From Camelus dromedarius (Eukaryota), in contig NC_087436.1 of NCBI RefSeq assembly GCF_036321535.1, forward strand, positions 12,338,001 to 12,402,000: a stretch of 64,000 nucleotides of DNA. Direction: 5' to 3'. The translations under genes were made by a program, and so were the position numbers. Positions 37,401-51,668 of this stretch are shown here, piece after piece. The notes beneath the pieces are model-generated. The model had not been told where the DNA came from, made no database searches, and saw nothing but the letters and a program-made list of their open reading frames with translations. Each line of letters opens with the position of its first letter. Position 1 is the first letter of the stretch.

Positions 37401-40346
37401 CTTTCTTTTTTCTGAATCCTTTCACTTAAAGATTTATATCAATATCTTACACCAGTTATCTCATAAGATTTTTTTGAAGATTAAAAAAAGTGGATTCAGA
37501 ACAATTTCCTAATTGGCCCAAGGGATAAAGTAAGTTGCAAATTTAGTAATGCAGCTCTGATCTATCAGGCTCTAAGTTCCATGAAATTGCTGCTACTTCA
37601 TATTGCTTCTCTGGAAAGCAGCTACTTACATTCTCATTCTGTAGATGTGGAAATAAGTCCAGAGATGTCACATGATTTATGAAAACCCTCACTAGCCAGT
37701 CAAACATAGCTAATAATACTCTTTGAATAAAAGTTGAACATAATTGAAGAAAAATAAAGGAAAGTATGTGAGTATGTAAAAATGACTCCCAAAATGCAAA
37801 AATTAGTAGAGAATTTGATGAAGGGTGAGAAAAGGATGTGCTGGAATCGTTGTGAAGTCCCCATGGAGGAACTGAGAACTGAACTGGGTCTCAAGGAATA
37901 CAGTGCAGAGAGATGAGAAGGGGGTGCTCTCAGGAGCACAGGGGGAGTAGGCTCAGAGCAGGGATGGGCCTCAGCCTCCAAGGAGCCATAAGGAAACAGT
38001 CAGGGTGGTATTAAAGTGTAAGTTCGGGAGTGGCATGAAATAAGGCTACAGATTACATGGAAACAGGCTCTGAAGACCCTTGAATGCCCGGGTGAAACTT
38101 CTGTAATTGGATTGTAGAATATAATTCAAGGGAGGACCCAGGTTAAATTAAAAGTTGTCTACTAAAGCCCAGGTGAAGAGAGAATTTATTAATCTAACAA
38201 ATTACTATCAAATTTAGGATTCAACTCAGAAATTTAAGTTCCGGAAGATAAGATACTGAACAAGATGCAGAGCATGTTAATTTTTTGGTAGGAACCAAAG
38301 ATTATCCATTGATACACGGATGTAGATTTACAAAGCCACAGAATACCTTCGTACAGATGCACAAACGCTAGGGACTGATTATCTCCGGAAAGGGGAAGTG
38401 AGTGAGGGGGACACAGGGAAAAGAGAAACATAATTTTCGTTCTATATACCCTTTGGTACCTCTGGAATTTTCTACCATGTACTCATATGCACTATTGTAA
38501 AGTATAAATTATTTTATAAAGTACCAGCAATATAAGCAAAAACAAAGAGGTTTGAGTAAATAGGAGGAGACATTTGGTGATGCTGATTGAATAGAGGAAT
38601 GGAGGATATGTGGCTGGACAGACAGGTGAAGATTCTTGTGTATTTTCCTCAGAATTCGTTTAAGATTACGTCTCTTAAACTTAGGAAGTGGTTAATATTT
38701 TAATGAATGAACACAAAAAGCTAACCACTTGCAATCGATGGCACTGCTCCTGTCTCACACTGAGTGTTCTGTACTCCTCTCCAAGCCTAAGTTCCTATTA
38801 TTAAAAGAAAGGAGTTGGGCCAGCATATTTTTAAAGCTCCCTTCCTGTTCTTACAATCTATGATTTTGATGCTCAGTTCTCTTCCTTTTGGCTAAATACA
38901 AGAGCACTGATTATTTCACATCACTGAAGCAGTGATCAAGAATCAGCTCTCTTGTGTCTGAAGATTTCCTCCAAACTCACACCTTTTATCCAGACTCCCA
39001 CATACTTAGTATTTTCAAATACAGTGTCTTCTGAGCGTAGTGTTTTCAATGGCAGTTTATTATGATAACATCGACATGAGGCTGTAGAGGAGAGAAGTGT
39101 TTTACTTGGGTTCTATTTACTAAAATTCATAAGCAGGTAAGTAGTTACTTAGGACAACCTGGAGAAGGTACAGCTTCCAGTCTGGACAGCATACCCAAGA
39201 CTCGGCTCCCTATGACGACGGCACTCTCATTGCCCCCACCAGATGCCGCCTCTCCTGACGTAAATCATCTTTTCCAAAACTCAGTCCTGGTGAAGAAGTC
39301 ACAGAAGTTATAAGACTGTCACTTATTCTGACCTGTTAGAGCGAGCAACCGACAGTCTCTTCTACCTTTTTCTCTCCTGTGACTAGGGTCTGAGTCCACA
39401 GTGTGAAGACCAGTAGGATGGGATATCCATGGAGAGAAATGTGTTCACTGATGGCCGTTCTCCTTTCGTATTGTTTGCAAAAGACAGGATATTCTTGAAA
39501 TCTAATCCCATACTCTCATAATTTGGCTATTGAATCTTAGGTGATTCAGTTAGCCTTTTTCTGACTTTTTCAATGAGTCTCAGCTTTCTCCTGTCTATGA
39601 AGAAGGGAGATTAATTGAACAGCTGTGTTGGAATTTGACAAGACCTCTATCTCCAAATTACTTCCATGTCCAGTAGTAAAACTTAACCGAAACTACACCA
39701 ACCTGCTACAGACAGGGTGATCGAAGACAGAGACCACACAGAAATAAAGGTGCACATGGCACTAATAAGTGAAGGCCTATGAATATATTCTAAAACATAG
39801 ATGCTAGAGTGTACTGACAAAGTGAGCAAAAAATTCTATAAACCATAAGTAAGTCATGCAGTAAAGCTGTTGAACTAGTTTTTCTCTCAAACGGCATGTA
39901 TTTCATGGGGAATATATTGCCTGTTCATTGTGGTTAGTATAGTAAGCCTCCACTCTGAGGTGTAATTTATTTACATGTTTCAGTTCTTTAAGCAAACTAG
40001 GTCATCAGAGACCTCCCAGAGGAGTCCTCCTTCACACACTCATCAGTACGATCAGATGCGCACCAGCAACTCGGCAGTGAACTTGATCCATGCTTGTTCC
40101 ACCCAGAAAGACAGCCACCCTACCACTAAACGCCAGGCCCCGGAACTAAAGATAAGCTTCCAAGTGCTTCATCCAGGACTGGTGTTATGAGGTGGCCAGG
40201 ATTCTTAGCTTCATGGCAACACAACATCCATATCTGGTTTCAGCACCAAATGATAAGACGGAAAAGAAAAATAAGGAGAAATTCTTCAGAGAAGATTGAT
40301 CCAGGGCTCCCAGTGGTTCTCTACTAGCTTTAAAAAGCTAGTCCAC

Positions 40347-40586
40347 GGATGTGAGGGTGATCTGGCTGTGCCATCTGTCACCCCATTGATCGCCAGGGTT
40401 GATTTGGCAGATCTGGCTGGCTAGGCGGGTGTCCCTTTCCTCCATCACCGCTCCACGTGCGTCCCTCCCAAAGCTCCGCGCTCGGTGGAAGAGGAGGACC
40501 TTCCCTGACAGAAGAGGACCGTTCTTCTCGGTCAAGGGTGTACGAGTAGCTGCGCTCCCCTACTAGAGCCTCCAACAAGCTCTCAA
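40347..40586 (+). pseudogene. RN7SK: 7SK snRNA retropseudogene, 3'-truncated (~240 nt)
   Basis: GGATGTGAGGGTGATCTGGCTG..ATCTGTCACCCCATTGATCGCCAGGGTTGAT..GGTCAAGGGTGTACGAGTAGCTGCGCTCCCC..CAAGCTCTCAA corresponds to 7SK nt 1 to ~240 with substitutions. The 3' ~90 nt are absent and a degenerate 15-bp TSD flanks it. Confidence 0.95.
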
Positions 40587-40939
40587 AAAGCGGCTCCACT
40601 AGTGGACAGCCAAGATCAGCTGACCCTGGCACAGGTCATGCGACCCGCGGATTCTTTGTAAGTAATTGATGGTTTTAATCCAGTGTATGTTGCAGTAGTC
40701 TGTTATGAAGCAACAGGTAGTGATGCAGTTCCTTCTGTTTTAAGGTTACTCTTACCTCCTCCTTTCTTATTGGCAGAGCCTACCTCCCATCTATTTGCTT
40801 TTTCAGTCACTTTTGCAGCTTGGGCATATGACCCATGCTGGCCCACAGGGCTCGAAGGGAAGGCTTCTGCAAAATTCTCACAAGAGTCCGCTCCCTTCTT
40901 CCACACTTTGAAGTTTTCCAGGAGGATATGAGGCTTGGC

Positions 40940-41495
40940 TGCTGCTAAAACCACTACATAACCATTAATATCCATAAGGAGGCTGAACCAATTGCTAGTG
41001 AGCCATGATTTAATCAGTGTGCTTACATGATAGGGCCTCCATAAAACCCCAAAAGGACAGGGTTCAGAGAGCTCCCCAGGGGAGACTTAGTCAGAGCGGC
41101 ATGCCTAGGGAGGGCACGGGTTTCCTGCGCTCTTTTGCCCTTACCTTTCCCTGGGCATCTCTTCCATCTGGCTGTTCCTTAGTTATACCCTTTTATAATG
41201 AACTGGCAATCTAGAGAGTAAAAATGTTTCCTGCGCTCTGTGAGCCACTCTTGCAAACTGATCAGACCCAAAGAGGGTGTCATTGGAACCTCACATCTAC
41301 AGCCGATGGATCAGAAGCACAAGCATAACCTGAATTGTGACGGGCATCTGAAGTGGGTGTGGGACTGAGCCCTTAACCTGTGGGTCCAATGCTACCCGCA
41401 GGTAGCTAGCATCAAGCTTGAGTTGACTTGTAGGACGCCTAGCTGGTGGCAGAGAGTTACTTGGTGAGGTGGGAAAATCCTTCCACCGCTGGAAA
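40940..41495 (+). mobile_element. MER21-like LTR fragment
   Basis: 'cttttataatgaactggcaat..aaaatgtttcctgcgctctgtgagccactc..gggactgagcccttaacctgtggg' resembles MER21. Confidence 0.7.
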
Positions 41496-42357
41496 AGCAT
41501 GCAGACCCTTACTTTCTAAAATATAATTTTTTCTTATTTCTGATCATTATTTATGGCTGCTTTTCTTTGAAAACAAAGAACAGCCTTCATTTTTAATGCA
41601 AGACTGATTACATTTTGCCATCTTTAATGCTGGCATTGTTAATGAGAATAAACCAAATTACTACAATGATTGGAATAAGATACCAAAGTGGAAAAAATAC
41701 TGAACTAGTAACCAGGAGTCTGGGGTGGTTTTTTTCGAGCACTTCTGTTTGTAAACTGTGTGGCCTTGATAAAACTTTGAGATTTCTGCTCCTCTATTTA
41801 TTTACAAAATGAGGAAATTGATTAGATTATTTCTAAGACATTTTCAGATAGAGTTTATGACTTTAAAAAAATCTTTGAAGTGACTACTCATAAAACAATA
41901 CGTTATCTTATATTGTTAATAACTGAAAAAAACCTCATAACATGCTGATCATTAACTCTTTTTGTAGATCTCTTTGTCCTACTGTGGACCCCTTGGTGCA
42001 GCTTGCTCCTAGTACTGAAGTCTTTCTATTGGAATTGAGCACTTAGGGAAAGTGCAGGCTCCAGTCAGTGTAGCTCATTGCATTACTGCTGTACTTGCCC
42101 TTAGAAGGGACAAGCTTAGGCCTTGGCAGGGACAAAACCCATTGAGTGTCACTTATCTGAACGTATCATGTGAGATATTTGTCCTTTCTACAAACATAAA
42201 TGAAACATTAACATTCAGAGGAGGTACAAATTTATTGCAAGAATTAAAAAAAAGATCTACCTAAAATGGCTTTGTGATTTTGTTTTTCATTCCGTGAAAG
42301 AGACCATTAATACTGTCAATACTTTTATAGAATAATTGTCATTCTTTAAATTTCTGG

Positions 42358-45300
42358 CTGAAAGTGACAAGATGGCAAGTAGAGGGACTCAGAGCTTGCC
42401 CCCTCCCATAGGTACACCAAGAATTACATCTACAGACCCACTGAATCGCATAGAACACCTACTGAGCTTTGGCAGAGTGTCTCTTGCTTTGAAATATAAG
42501 AGGATTCCTCACAAAAACTGGTAGGAGACAGGAAAAAAAAAATAAAAAAGGAAATCGGTGCAGGACAGGTCCCGTGGGGAGGGAGCAGCAAAGAAAGCAA
42601 ACCACCCTCATGCTGGGCTGCCTCCTCTCCAAGCAGGGTCAGCAGGGACAGAAGCAGAGCTTCAGAGGCTCAGAGGAGAGAGTGGCATGGGCCAGGACTG
42701 GCTGCTGGAGATCAGCAACAAGCCTGGGGAGAGGGCTGAGGCCCATTGCACAGAGGCAGCCTCAGGGGACTGGAGGGTGGTGTGAGCTATGGCTGGGAGT
42801 GCGAGTGGATCAGAACAGCTGGTCCAAAAAAAGCACCACTGCCGGTGCACATTGTTGGGAGGGGCGCAACACAGATGTGCGATAGCTGCTGTCTCTGCTT
42901 GGCTCCATCATTGGTGCGTTCTCACGAGAAGAGAGGTGGCTCGGTCATAGCTGTCACATCACTGCTGCATGGCTCTGGGGTGCAGGTGGCGCTGAAACCT
43001 GATTCTGTAACCAGGGGCCCTGCAACTTCACAGGCAGGACTCAGATTTCTTTACAGCCCCAGGTAGAGGGGCTGGATTCGCTCTGCTGGTATCTTTGTGG
43101 ACTCACGACTCTGCGATGGACAGGCAGAGAGTGTGAATTCTGGTGCGCGGCGGAGGCAGGTACAGGTATGTCACTTACAACAGGCCAGAATACCGTGCCA
43201 TGTGCAGAGGTGGGGCTGGGCTCTGCACTGACCCTGTGGCACACTGTGGATTCAGGTGTGTGACTGCACACTCGCCACAGCAGGTGCTTGCACCTGACAT
43301 TGGGGGATCTGCACTGGTGGCTCTGTGGGTGCAGAAACCTGGGGGACACCAGAGCGGGTGGCTGACATTCCCACGGCTAAGGCAGGGACAAAGGCACAGT
43401 CAACAAAGAGTACTTTGTAAGCCCACGTAACAAGTGACAGACAACACCACTGAGGGCATTTCCCAAGGGACAACTCCTGCAGAGGTATACTTGGCAGCTC
43501 TTCTTCTCAGCTGAAGTGCTCCAACCCCACCTACCACACACTGCAGCCCAGAAATGGATCTAAAAGCCATTCAGCAACAGGGGAGCAGACTTAACCCCTG
43601 TCAGGGCTGTGACAACCACAGAACAAAAAGGAGGCCCCACTCAACAACAACAATTAGGGCAGGCTCTGATCACCACATCACCAACCACAACCCCAATGAA
43701 AAGGATAACAGCCAACACACGTGGAAGACAGACATTGCAACCATCCATACTAAAAATAACCCTTGCAGCAAAACTATTAGACATGCAGAGTCTACAAAGG
43801 AATGCTCCCACTTTAAATAAAACAAAAACAAAAAACAGCCCTTCAAGACCACAGTAGATAACTGGTACTCCTAAATATGTAAAGCCAGAGAAATATAAGT
43901 AAAATGAAGAAGCAGAGGAACCACTCCCAATTACAAGAACAAGAGACAAACCTCTGGCCAGGCTCACCAAGAAGAAAAGAGAGAGGACACAAATAAACAA
44001 AACTAGAAATGAAAATGGAGAAATTATAAACACCACCATATAAATACAAAAAATCACAAGAAAATACTATGAACAACTATATGGCAATAAATTGGACAAC
44101 CTAGAAGAAATGGAAAAGTTTCTAGAAACATACAGTCTGCCAAAACTAAATCAAGAAGAAATCGATCATTTGAACGGACCAATCACTAGAAGTGAAATAG
44201 AATCAGCAATAAAAACAACAACAACAAAATCTCCCTGCAAACAAAAGTCCAGGACCAGATGGTTTCACTGGGGAGTTCTACCAAACATACAAAGAGCTCA
44301 TACCAATCCTTCTCAAACTCTTCCAAAAGATTTGACAAGAAGGGAATATTACCAAACTCATTCTATAAAGCCACCATTATCATGACACTAAAGACAAGCA
44401 AAGACACTACCAAAAAAAGAAGACAATAGGCCAATATTGTTGATAAGCATAGATGCAAAATCCTTGACAAAATATTAGTAAACAGAATCAAATAATACAC
44501 AAAAAAGATTATACACCATGATCAACATGGGTTCATCACAGGGACACAAGGAAGTTTCAACATATGCAAATCAATCAGTGTAATACACCACATCAACAAG
44601 AGATAGGACAAAAATCACATGATCATCTCAATAGGTGCAGAAAAAGACTATGATAAAATTCAACACCCATTTATGATCTGAACTCTTACCAAAGTGGGTA
44701 TAGAGAAAACGTATCTCAACATAATAAAAGGTATTTGTGACAAACCTACAGCCAGCATAATACTCAACGGTGAAAAGTTGAAAGCTTTCCTGTTAAAGTC
44801 AGAATGAAACAAGGATGCCCACTCTCACTACTTCTATTCAATATAGTCTTGTGGTTGCCAGGTGGAGGGGGTTATTGGAAGTCTTAGCCATAGCAATTAG
44901 ACAAGAAAACAAAATAGAAAAGATCCAAATTGGAAGAGAAGTGGTAAAATGGTCACTATATGCAGATGACATGATACTACATATGGAAAACCCTAAAGGC
45001 TCTACACAAAAACCAATAGAGCTGATAAAATAATTTAGCAAGGTAGCAGGATACAACATTAACTTACAAAAATCAGTGGCATTTCTTTACACTAACAATG
45101 AAATGTCAGAAAAGGAAAGGAAAGAAACAATCCCTTTTAAAATCACATCTGAAAAAATAAAATACGTAGGAATAAATCTGACCAAGGAAGTGAAAGACAT
45201 ATGTGGAGGACTACAAAATATTGATTAAGGAAGTCAATGATGACTTAAAGAAATGGAAAGATATCAAATGTTCTTGGATTGGAAGAATTAATATTTTCAA

Positions 45301-47003
45301 AATGTCCATATACCCAAAGCAATCTACACATTTAATACAATCCCTATCAGATTACCCAACACATTTTTCACAGAACTAGAGCAAATAATCCTAAAATTTA
45401 TATGGAATCACAAAAGACCCAGAATTGCCAAAGCAATACTGAAGAAAAAGAAGAAAGCTGGAGGAGTAACCATCCCAGACTTCCGACAATACTACAGAGC
45501 TATAGTAATCAAAACAGTGTGGTATTGGCATAAAAACAGACATATGAATCAATAAAACAGAATAGAGAGCCCAGAAATAAACCCACAGACTTCTGGTCAA
45601 TTATCTTTGACAAAGGAGGCAAGAATATACAATGAAGTAAAAACAATCTCTTCAGTAAATGGTGTTGGGAAAACTGGATAGCTGCATGTAAGTCAATGAA
45701 GTTAGAACACTCCCTCACACCATATACAAAAATAAATTCAAAATGGCTTAAAGACTTAAATATAAGACAAGCCACTATAAAATTCTTAGAAGAAAACAGG
45801 CAAAACCTTATCTGACACAAATTTTAGCAACGTTCTCCTAGGGCAGTCTACCCAAGGAATAGAAATAAAAGCAAAAATAAACAAATGGGACCTAGTTAAA
45901 CTTATAAGCTTTTGCACAGCAAAGGAAACCGTAAGCAAAACAGAAAGACAACCCAGGAAATGGGAGAAAATATTTGCAAAAGATGCAACTGACAAGGGCT
46001 TAATCTCCAGAATATATAAATAGCTCATACAACTTTATAACAAAAAAACAAATAACCCAATCCAAAAATGGGCAGAAGACCTAAACAAGCAATTCTCCAA
46101 TGAAGACATACAAATGGCCAATGGGCACATGAAAAAATGCTCAATATCGCTAATTATCAGAGAAATGCAAATCAAAACTACAATGAGGTATCACTTCTCA
46201 CCAGTCAGAATGTCCATCATTTAAAAGTTCACAAACAATAAATGCTGGAGAGGCTGTGGAGAAAAGGGAACCCTCCTATACTGCTGGTGGGAATGCAGTT
46301 TGGTGTAGCCATTATGGAGGATAGTGTGAAGATTCCTCAAAAGAATAAAAATAGACTTACCCTATGATCTAGCAATCCCACTCCTGGGCATATATCCAGA
46401 GGGAATTCTAATTTGAAAATACATATGCACCCTAGTGTTTATAGCATCACTATATACAACAGCCAAGACATGGAAACAACCTAAATGTCCATCGACAGAT
46501 GGCTGGATAAAGAAGATGTGGTATATTTATACAGTGGAATACTATTCAGCCATAAAACCTGACAACATAACACCATTTGCAGCAACATGGAAGTCCCTGG
46601 AGAATGTCATTCTAAGTGAAGTAAGCCAGAAAGAGAAAGAAAAATACCATATGATATCACTCATATGTGGAATCTAAAAAAAAGAAAAGACAAACGAACT
46701 TAAATATAAAGAAGAAACAGACTCACAGACATAGAACACAAACTTGTGGTTGCCGGGGCGGGGGGGGGGGAGGGAAGGGACAGACTGGGATTTCAAAATT
46801 TCTAGATACTTACAGGTATATATAGAATAAACAAGTTTATGCTGTGTAGCACAGGGAAATACATTCGAAATCTTGCAGTAGCTCACAGTGAAAAAGAATA
46901 TGAAAATGAATATATGTATATTCATGTATGACTGAAAAATTATGCTGTATATCAGAAATTGACACAACATTGTAAACTGACTATAACTCAATTAACAAAA
47001 AAA
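42358..47003 (+). mobile_element. L1 with complete 5' UTR, internal deletion of most of ORF1 and the ORF2 endonuclease, decayed RT and 3' UTR
   Basis: 'caagatggc' head, 5'UTR homologous to 20420-21950, ORF1 ATG at 43904, jump to ORF2 'DKPLARL' at ~43945. ORF 44092-44385 (DNLEEMEKFLETYSLPKLNQEE) and ORF 44815-45033 ([11 protein letters not shown] active-site motif). Many stops. Confidence 0.95.
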
Positions 47004-47011
47004 GCAGCCAT

Positions 47012-47437
47012 CTCAAACAACAAGGACCTACTGTATAGCACAGGGAACTATATTCAATTTCTTGTAATAACATACAATGGAAATGAATCTGAAAAGAAAA
47101 TATACAGATGTATGTATATGTATAACTGAATCACACTGCTGTACTCCTGCAACTAATATTGTAAATCAACTATAGTTTTGATAAAAAAAAAAACTTTTTA
47201 AAGATACACACTATTATATAGAGAATAGATAAAGAACAAGGACCTACTGTATAGCAAGCACAGGGAGCTAGATTCAATTTCTTATAATGAGCTGTAACGG
47301 AAAAGAATCTGAAATACACACATGCGCGCACACACACACACACACACACAAATCCGAATTGCTTTGCTGTACATCTAAAACTAATATTGTAAATCAACTA
47401 CACTTCAATAAAAAATCTTAAAAATTAAAGAAAAAAG
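47012..47437 (+). mobile_element. Two further tandem L1 3'-end fragments
   Basis: 'aacaaggacctactgtatagca..tgtaaatcaacta' units at ~47018-47190 and ~47205-47437, each with an A-rich tail. The second contains (CA)n. Confidence 0.85.
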
Positions 47438-47466
47438 ACAGGGCCTTTAAAAAAGGTAGATAAAAT

Positions 47467-47955
47467 TGTTGGAACAAAAACTTTTCCTTTGCTAACTTAT
47501 GTTCCAGTGTCTAGGGTCTGCAAATTAACTGACTGTCAACAGATTAGCAGGAGAAAAGACAAGGGTTATGCACATGTGTGCAGGAGCACTCATCAGTGAC
47601 TGAATAGACAGAGGTAAAGGTTTGCGTACCAATATAACAAAAGTCAGGGGAGGAGTTAAGGGCTTCACTGGGATTGCATGGAAAGTTCCATTAGGTGTTT
47701 CATTGCTGATGAAAATGGGCTGGAAGCTCCCTCAGAGCGGGTGGTTTATGGCACTACTGGTGCCAAGGGTCAGTCTTGTCCCACACAGGAAACTCTCTCA
47801 GTGGACAGAGTTTATCTAATCTCTACATGGCAGCTATATTTTCAGAAGGCTATGCTTAAGTTTAGGTAATGTTTCTTTCCCCAGTTGTTGACTGTTCAAA
47901 TATTTTCAGTTTAAAGTAAGATTTATAGGACTTTGATGGGCTCTTAGTCCCTTCA
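47467..47955. mobile_element. Probable ERV LTR relic
   Basis: Begins 'tgttggaac' and ends 'cccttca'; internal 'ggtctgcaaattaactgac..aacagattagcaggagaaaa' is LTR-like. Family uncertain. Confidence 0.45.
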
Positions 47956-47956
47956 A

Positions 47957-48216
47957 AGTTAAATGGGGTCATTAGGGTGGGCCCTAATCCAATATGACTG
48001 GATTACATATTGGAGACAGGGTTACACAGAGGAAGCACGCCGTGTGAACATGAAGACAGTCTAGTTACCGGTCAAGGAGAGAGGCCTCAGAAGAAACCAA
48101 CCCTGCAGGCACCTTGATCTTGGACCTCTGGCCCCCAGAACTGTGAGAAAACAAATTTCTGTTGTTTAAGCCATCGAGTCTGTGGTACCTCGTTACAGCA
48201 GCCCTAGAAAACGAAT
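47957..48216 (+). mobile_element. MLT1B/C-like MaLR LTR fragment
   Basis: 'gtcattagggtgggccctaatccaatatgactgg..ggcaccttgatcttggacctctggcccccagaactgtgaga..ttacagcagccctag'. Confidence 0.85.
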
Positions 48217-48762
48217 GTTGTCTATTTTGTTTTGTTTTCTCCTTCTGACTCTTGTGAATTATGTCAAAAAGAAACAAAAGTCTGCCCGGCAAGAATAAAA
48301 TTAAGGAAGTGTTTACCACAAAGCCTCTGACATTTTGGGTGTTCAGAGACATTTTCTAAGGTCAAGGGGAAACGTGGCAAGAATTAACCCACTTGAGCAC
48401 AGGACTGTCACAACTGTAAGGCTCTGCTGGAGAACCATTTGCGGGGGAAGGGGTTATTAATAGCCAGAGGCATCCTCGCCAACAACAATCCATCACCAGC
48501 TTCCAGAGGCCATCCCTTTAGGTAACTAATCAGAGCCCCCCCCCCCCCCCCTCCAGTGGGTAAAACTATAACAAAGCACAGGTCTGCGGGCACCACAGAG
48601 TTCAGGAAGCCCTGCGTGCTGAAAGGACTTGCTTGTGTTCACATATAAGGGCCCTTTGGAAACTCTTCATAGTAGTTTGGAGAGACACTGAGGGTGGGGA
48701 ATGGGATAGAGGCATGTGGGCTAGTAATCTACCACAGCTGGATGGTGTCAGTGCCAGGGAAA

Positions 48763-49068
<306 letters not shown>

Positions 49069-50924
49069 ATTAAAGTAATCTTATTACTTCCAGGCTGGGG
49101 CAAATATGCAATACAATAAGAAAGAAGGAGGCTCTCGCATTAACATTTGAATAAAGCAGGAAAAAACTAGAGATGTATCAGAGAAGATTACCCTTTGTGA
49201 TCAATGAATCATTCTGTCTCCAGAATAGAACTTTAATTGAATTAGATCCTTCTCCATTAAATCCAACTGGATTTTATTTTAAAGATTATGTTATCTTTTC
49301 CAGATTTGTGTTAATTTAATAAGTGACTACAAATCTTCTTCTTTATTAAGGACCTGAGCATCCTATGCAAAGCAACTGACTAACTGATGTAGAAAAGTGT
49401 CAAGCAAATTTAACTGACTTAGCAGAAATCTGCCTTTCAGAAAATGCTAGCCACCAAAGTGATTTAACAAAAGAAAAAGAAAAAACTAGAATTCAATAAT
49501 TTTGAATAACCTTGATTTATCTACAGAATGTTCCTTGAATTAAAAAACTATGACACAATATTACATTTAAAAATTATCATTTTTGCCAAAGGACTTCAAA
49601 TCACATATTAAGGTGTCATTTCATATATTCCAGCTCAGCATACCCATGTCAATATCATCACTGTCTTATTTTATGGAAGAAGAGGAATTCTTCTTGCTGT
49701 TTCCAAAGAAGCCGTGTCAATGCCCGAGGCCTAAAAGATGGCAGTACTGTGTTTGCAACCCTCAACAAACCATTTTAGAGACTTCAGCTGAGACACAGAA
49801 ATGACTTAAAGAGCACACAGGTAACTAGTGGAAAGAAGGGAATGGAAACACCTTGATAACTTTACTTCTTGATTAAAGGCTTGTGGCCCGTCTGTAACTT
49901 CAAATCTATCTCCCGCCGCCCTGCACTGACTCCTCCACCTGGAACGCTCCTTCTTCATGGCTCGTCGGCCCTGTATCTCACTCAGGTGTCAGCCCCGCAG
50001 GCACACCTTCCATGGCACCTTATTTAAGAATACCCTCATCCTTCATTATGCTACTTCTCACTATAGCACCCGTTCCACTTGAATTCAAGGATACAGATTT
50101 ACATTTCCTTAGCCAGAACTTTTGAGAACAAATGTGCTTCCAACATAACACATTTTAAAAAAATTTTAGAAAGAAAGTGTGAGGCATTTGCTGTGTATTT
50201 GTAACACCTTAATACCCCTGGTCTGGGCCACCATCCCATAATAAAATTCATCAATGTTAATTTCTAACAAGACTAAATAAAGTCTGTAGATAACTTCATG
50301 TCAGTTCAAGACAGCTATTGTGACCAAACAAGTTATAAAAATATGTATCTTTGGTTTTCTGAGCCTCTTGGATTTTAGAATTGTAGATAGAGGATTTGGA
50401 GAAATATATAAATATAAATTATAAATATAAACATAAATATAAATATATATAGTCTGCTTCTCCCACAAAATGTAAGTTCCATATTAGGGTAGGGGAGCAT
50501 GTCTGTAGACATGCCATAAATATTTCATGACTAAATTAATAAAACTACTTTCCACATGTTGATTGTTTTGGACCATAATTAGTAGATACTAATTCAGACT
50601 TACAAAAATCTTTCAGAGGGATGTGAGAGTTGTTGATCTGAGTAGCTCTGAAATCTGACACAGTAGAGGCAGTGTCATATAGTGGATAAAATTATGAACT
50701 ATTAGACAGAGCCCTTTGTCTTGTCAGTTCTTCACTAAAGATATAAAAGCTCTCTTCTCTGGTCACTTCCTCAGGTCTTCATTCTCTAATGAAGGCTCCC
50801 AAGTATCTGTAAAAATTCAGCAGAATTTGTATGCTTTTTGATTGTTAATCTGTCAGTAAAATTTTCAGACCCAGTCAGGAATGCAAAGAGAGTCATGGAA
50901 AACTTCTTCCTCCTCTGCACTGTG

Positions 50925-51200
50925 ATGGTTAAATGACTTTACACCAGTGACAAAATTGAATAAAATTAAGCTCATGCACACACACACACACACACACACA
51001 AACGAGTGCATGTAAAACTGGTGAAAACTGAACAAGGTTGGTGGACTGTATCAATGTCATTTTCTTGGTGATGATTCTACACTCTAGTTAGGCAGGAAAA
51101 CTCTTTGGGAAAAACTGAAAGGTGCTCAGTTTTTCTCTATCATATTTTTACAACTACATGTGAGTGTATAGTACCTCAAATAAAACAATTAATTTAAAAA
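50925..51200 (+). mobile_element. Old L1 (L1MC/ME-like) 3' end with (CA)n
   Basis: 'gagtgcatgtaaaactggtgaaa..tgtatcaatgtcattttcttgg..tttacaactacatgtgagt' and (CA)n at ~50977-51000. Confidence 0.6.
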
Positions 51201-51668
51201 TGAATGCTCATAAGCATTATTTCTCTTAGGATGAACCAGTAAGTAAGATATATTTTCTCTGATTCTATATAATTTTATAAATTTTTAATCCTTTTATAGC
51301 CTAAAAGTTTTCCATAACTAGATGATAAATGATTCACATAAAAGGGTTAGCAAGAAATTGAAATCCACTAATGAGGAAATTAATATTGTGAACATCAATC
51401 AGCTTGATATGGAAACATTTACCCTGTGTGTCTGGAAAATTTATCCTTCTACTTCAGCCAGCAACTGGCTTTAAAATGCATGAGTTCACAACCAGATGAA
51501 AGTCAAAATTTTCAGAATCTTGGCAAACATGATCATTATTTCATGGAAACATTTGGTTTTGATTTTCCTATAAAGCCAATAGGCAATAATAACTGTACTC
51601 ACAACTAACTGCTTAAATTTCTGTTTAATAAAAAGGTAGATATGCATGTCATAGATAAATATAATTTT

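Noticed and set aside
40347..40586. Functional 7SK gene
   Set aside because: Lacks the 3' hairpin and T-run terminator, has many substitutions, and is flanked by a TSD.
42358..47003. Active L1
   Set aside because: ORF1 and endonuclease are deleted, and ORF2 has multiple stops and frameshifts.
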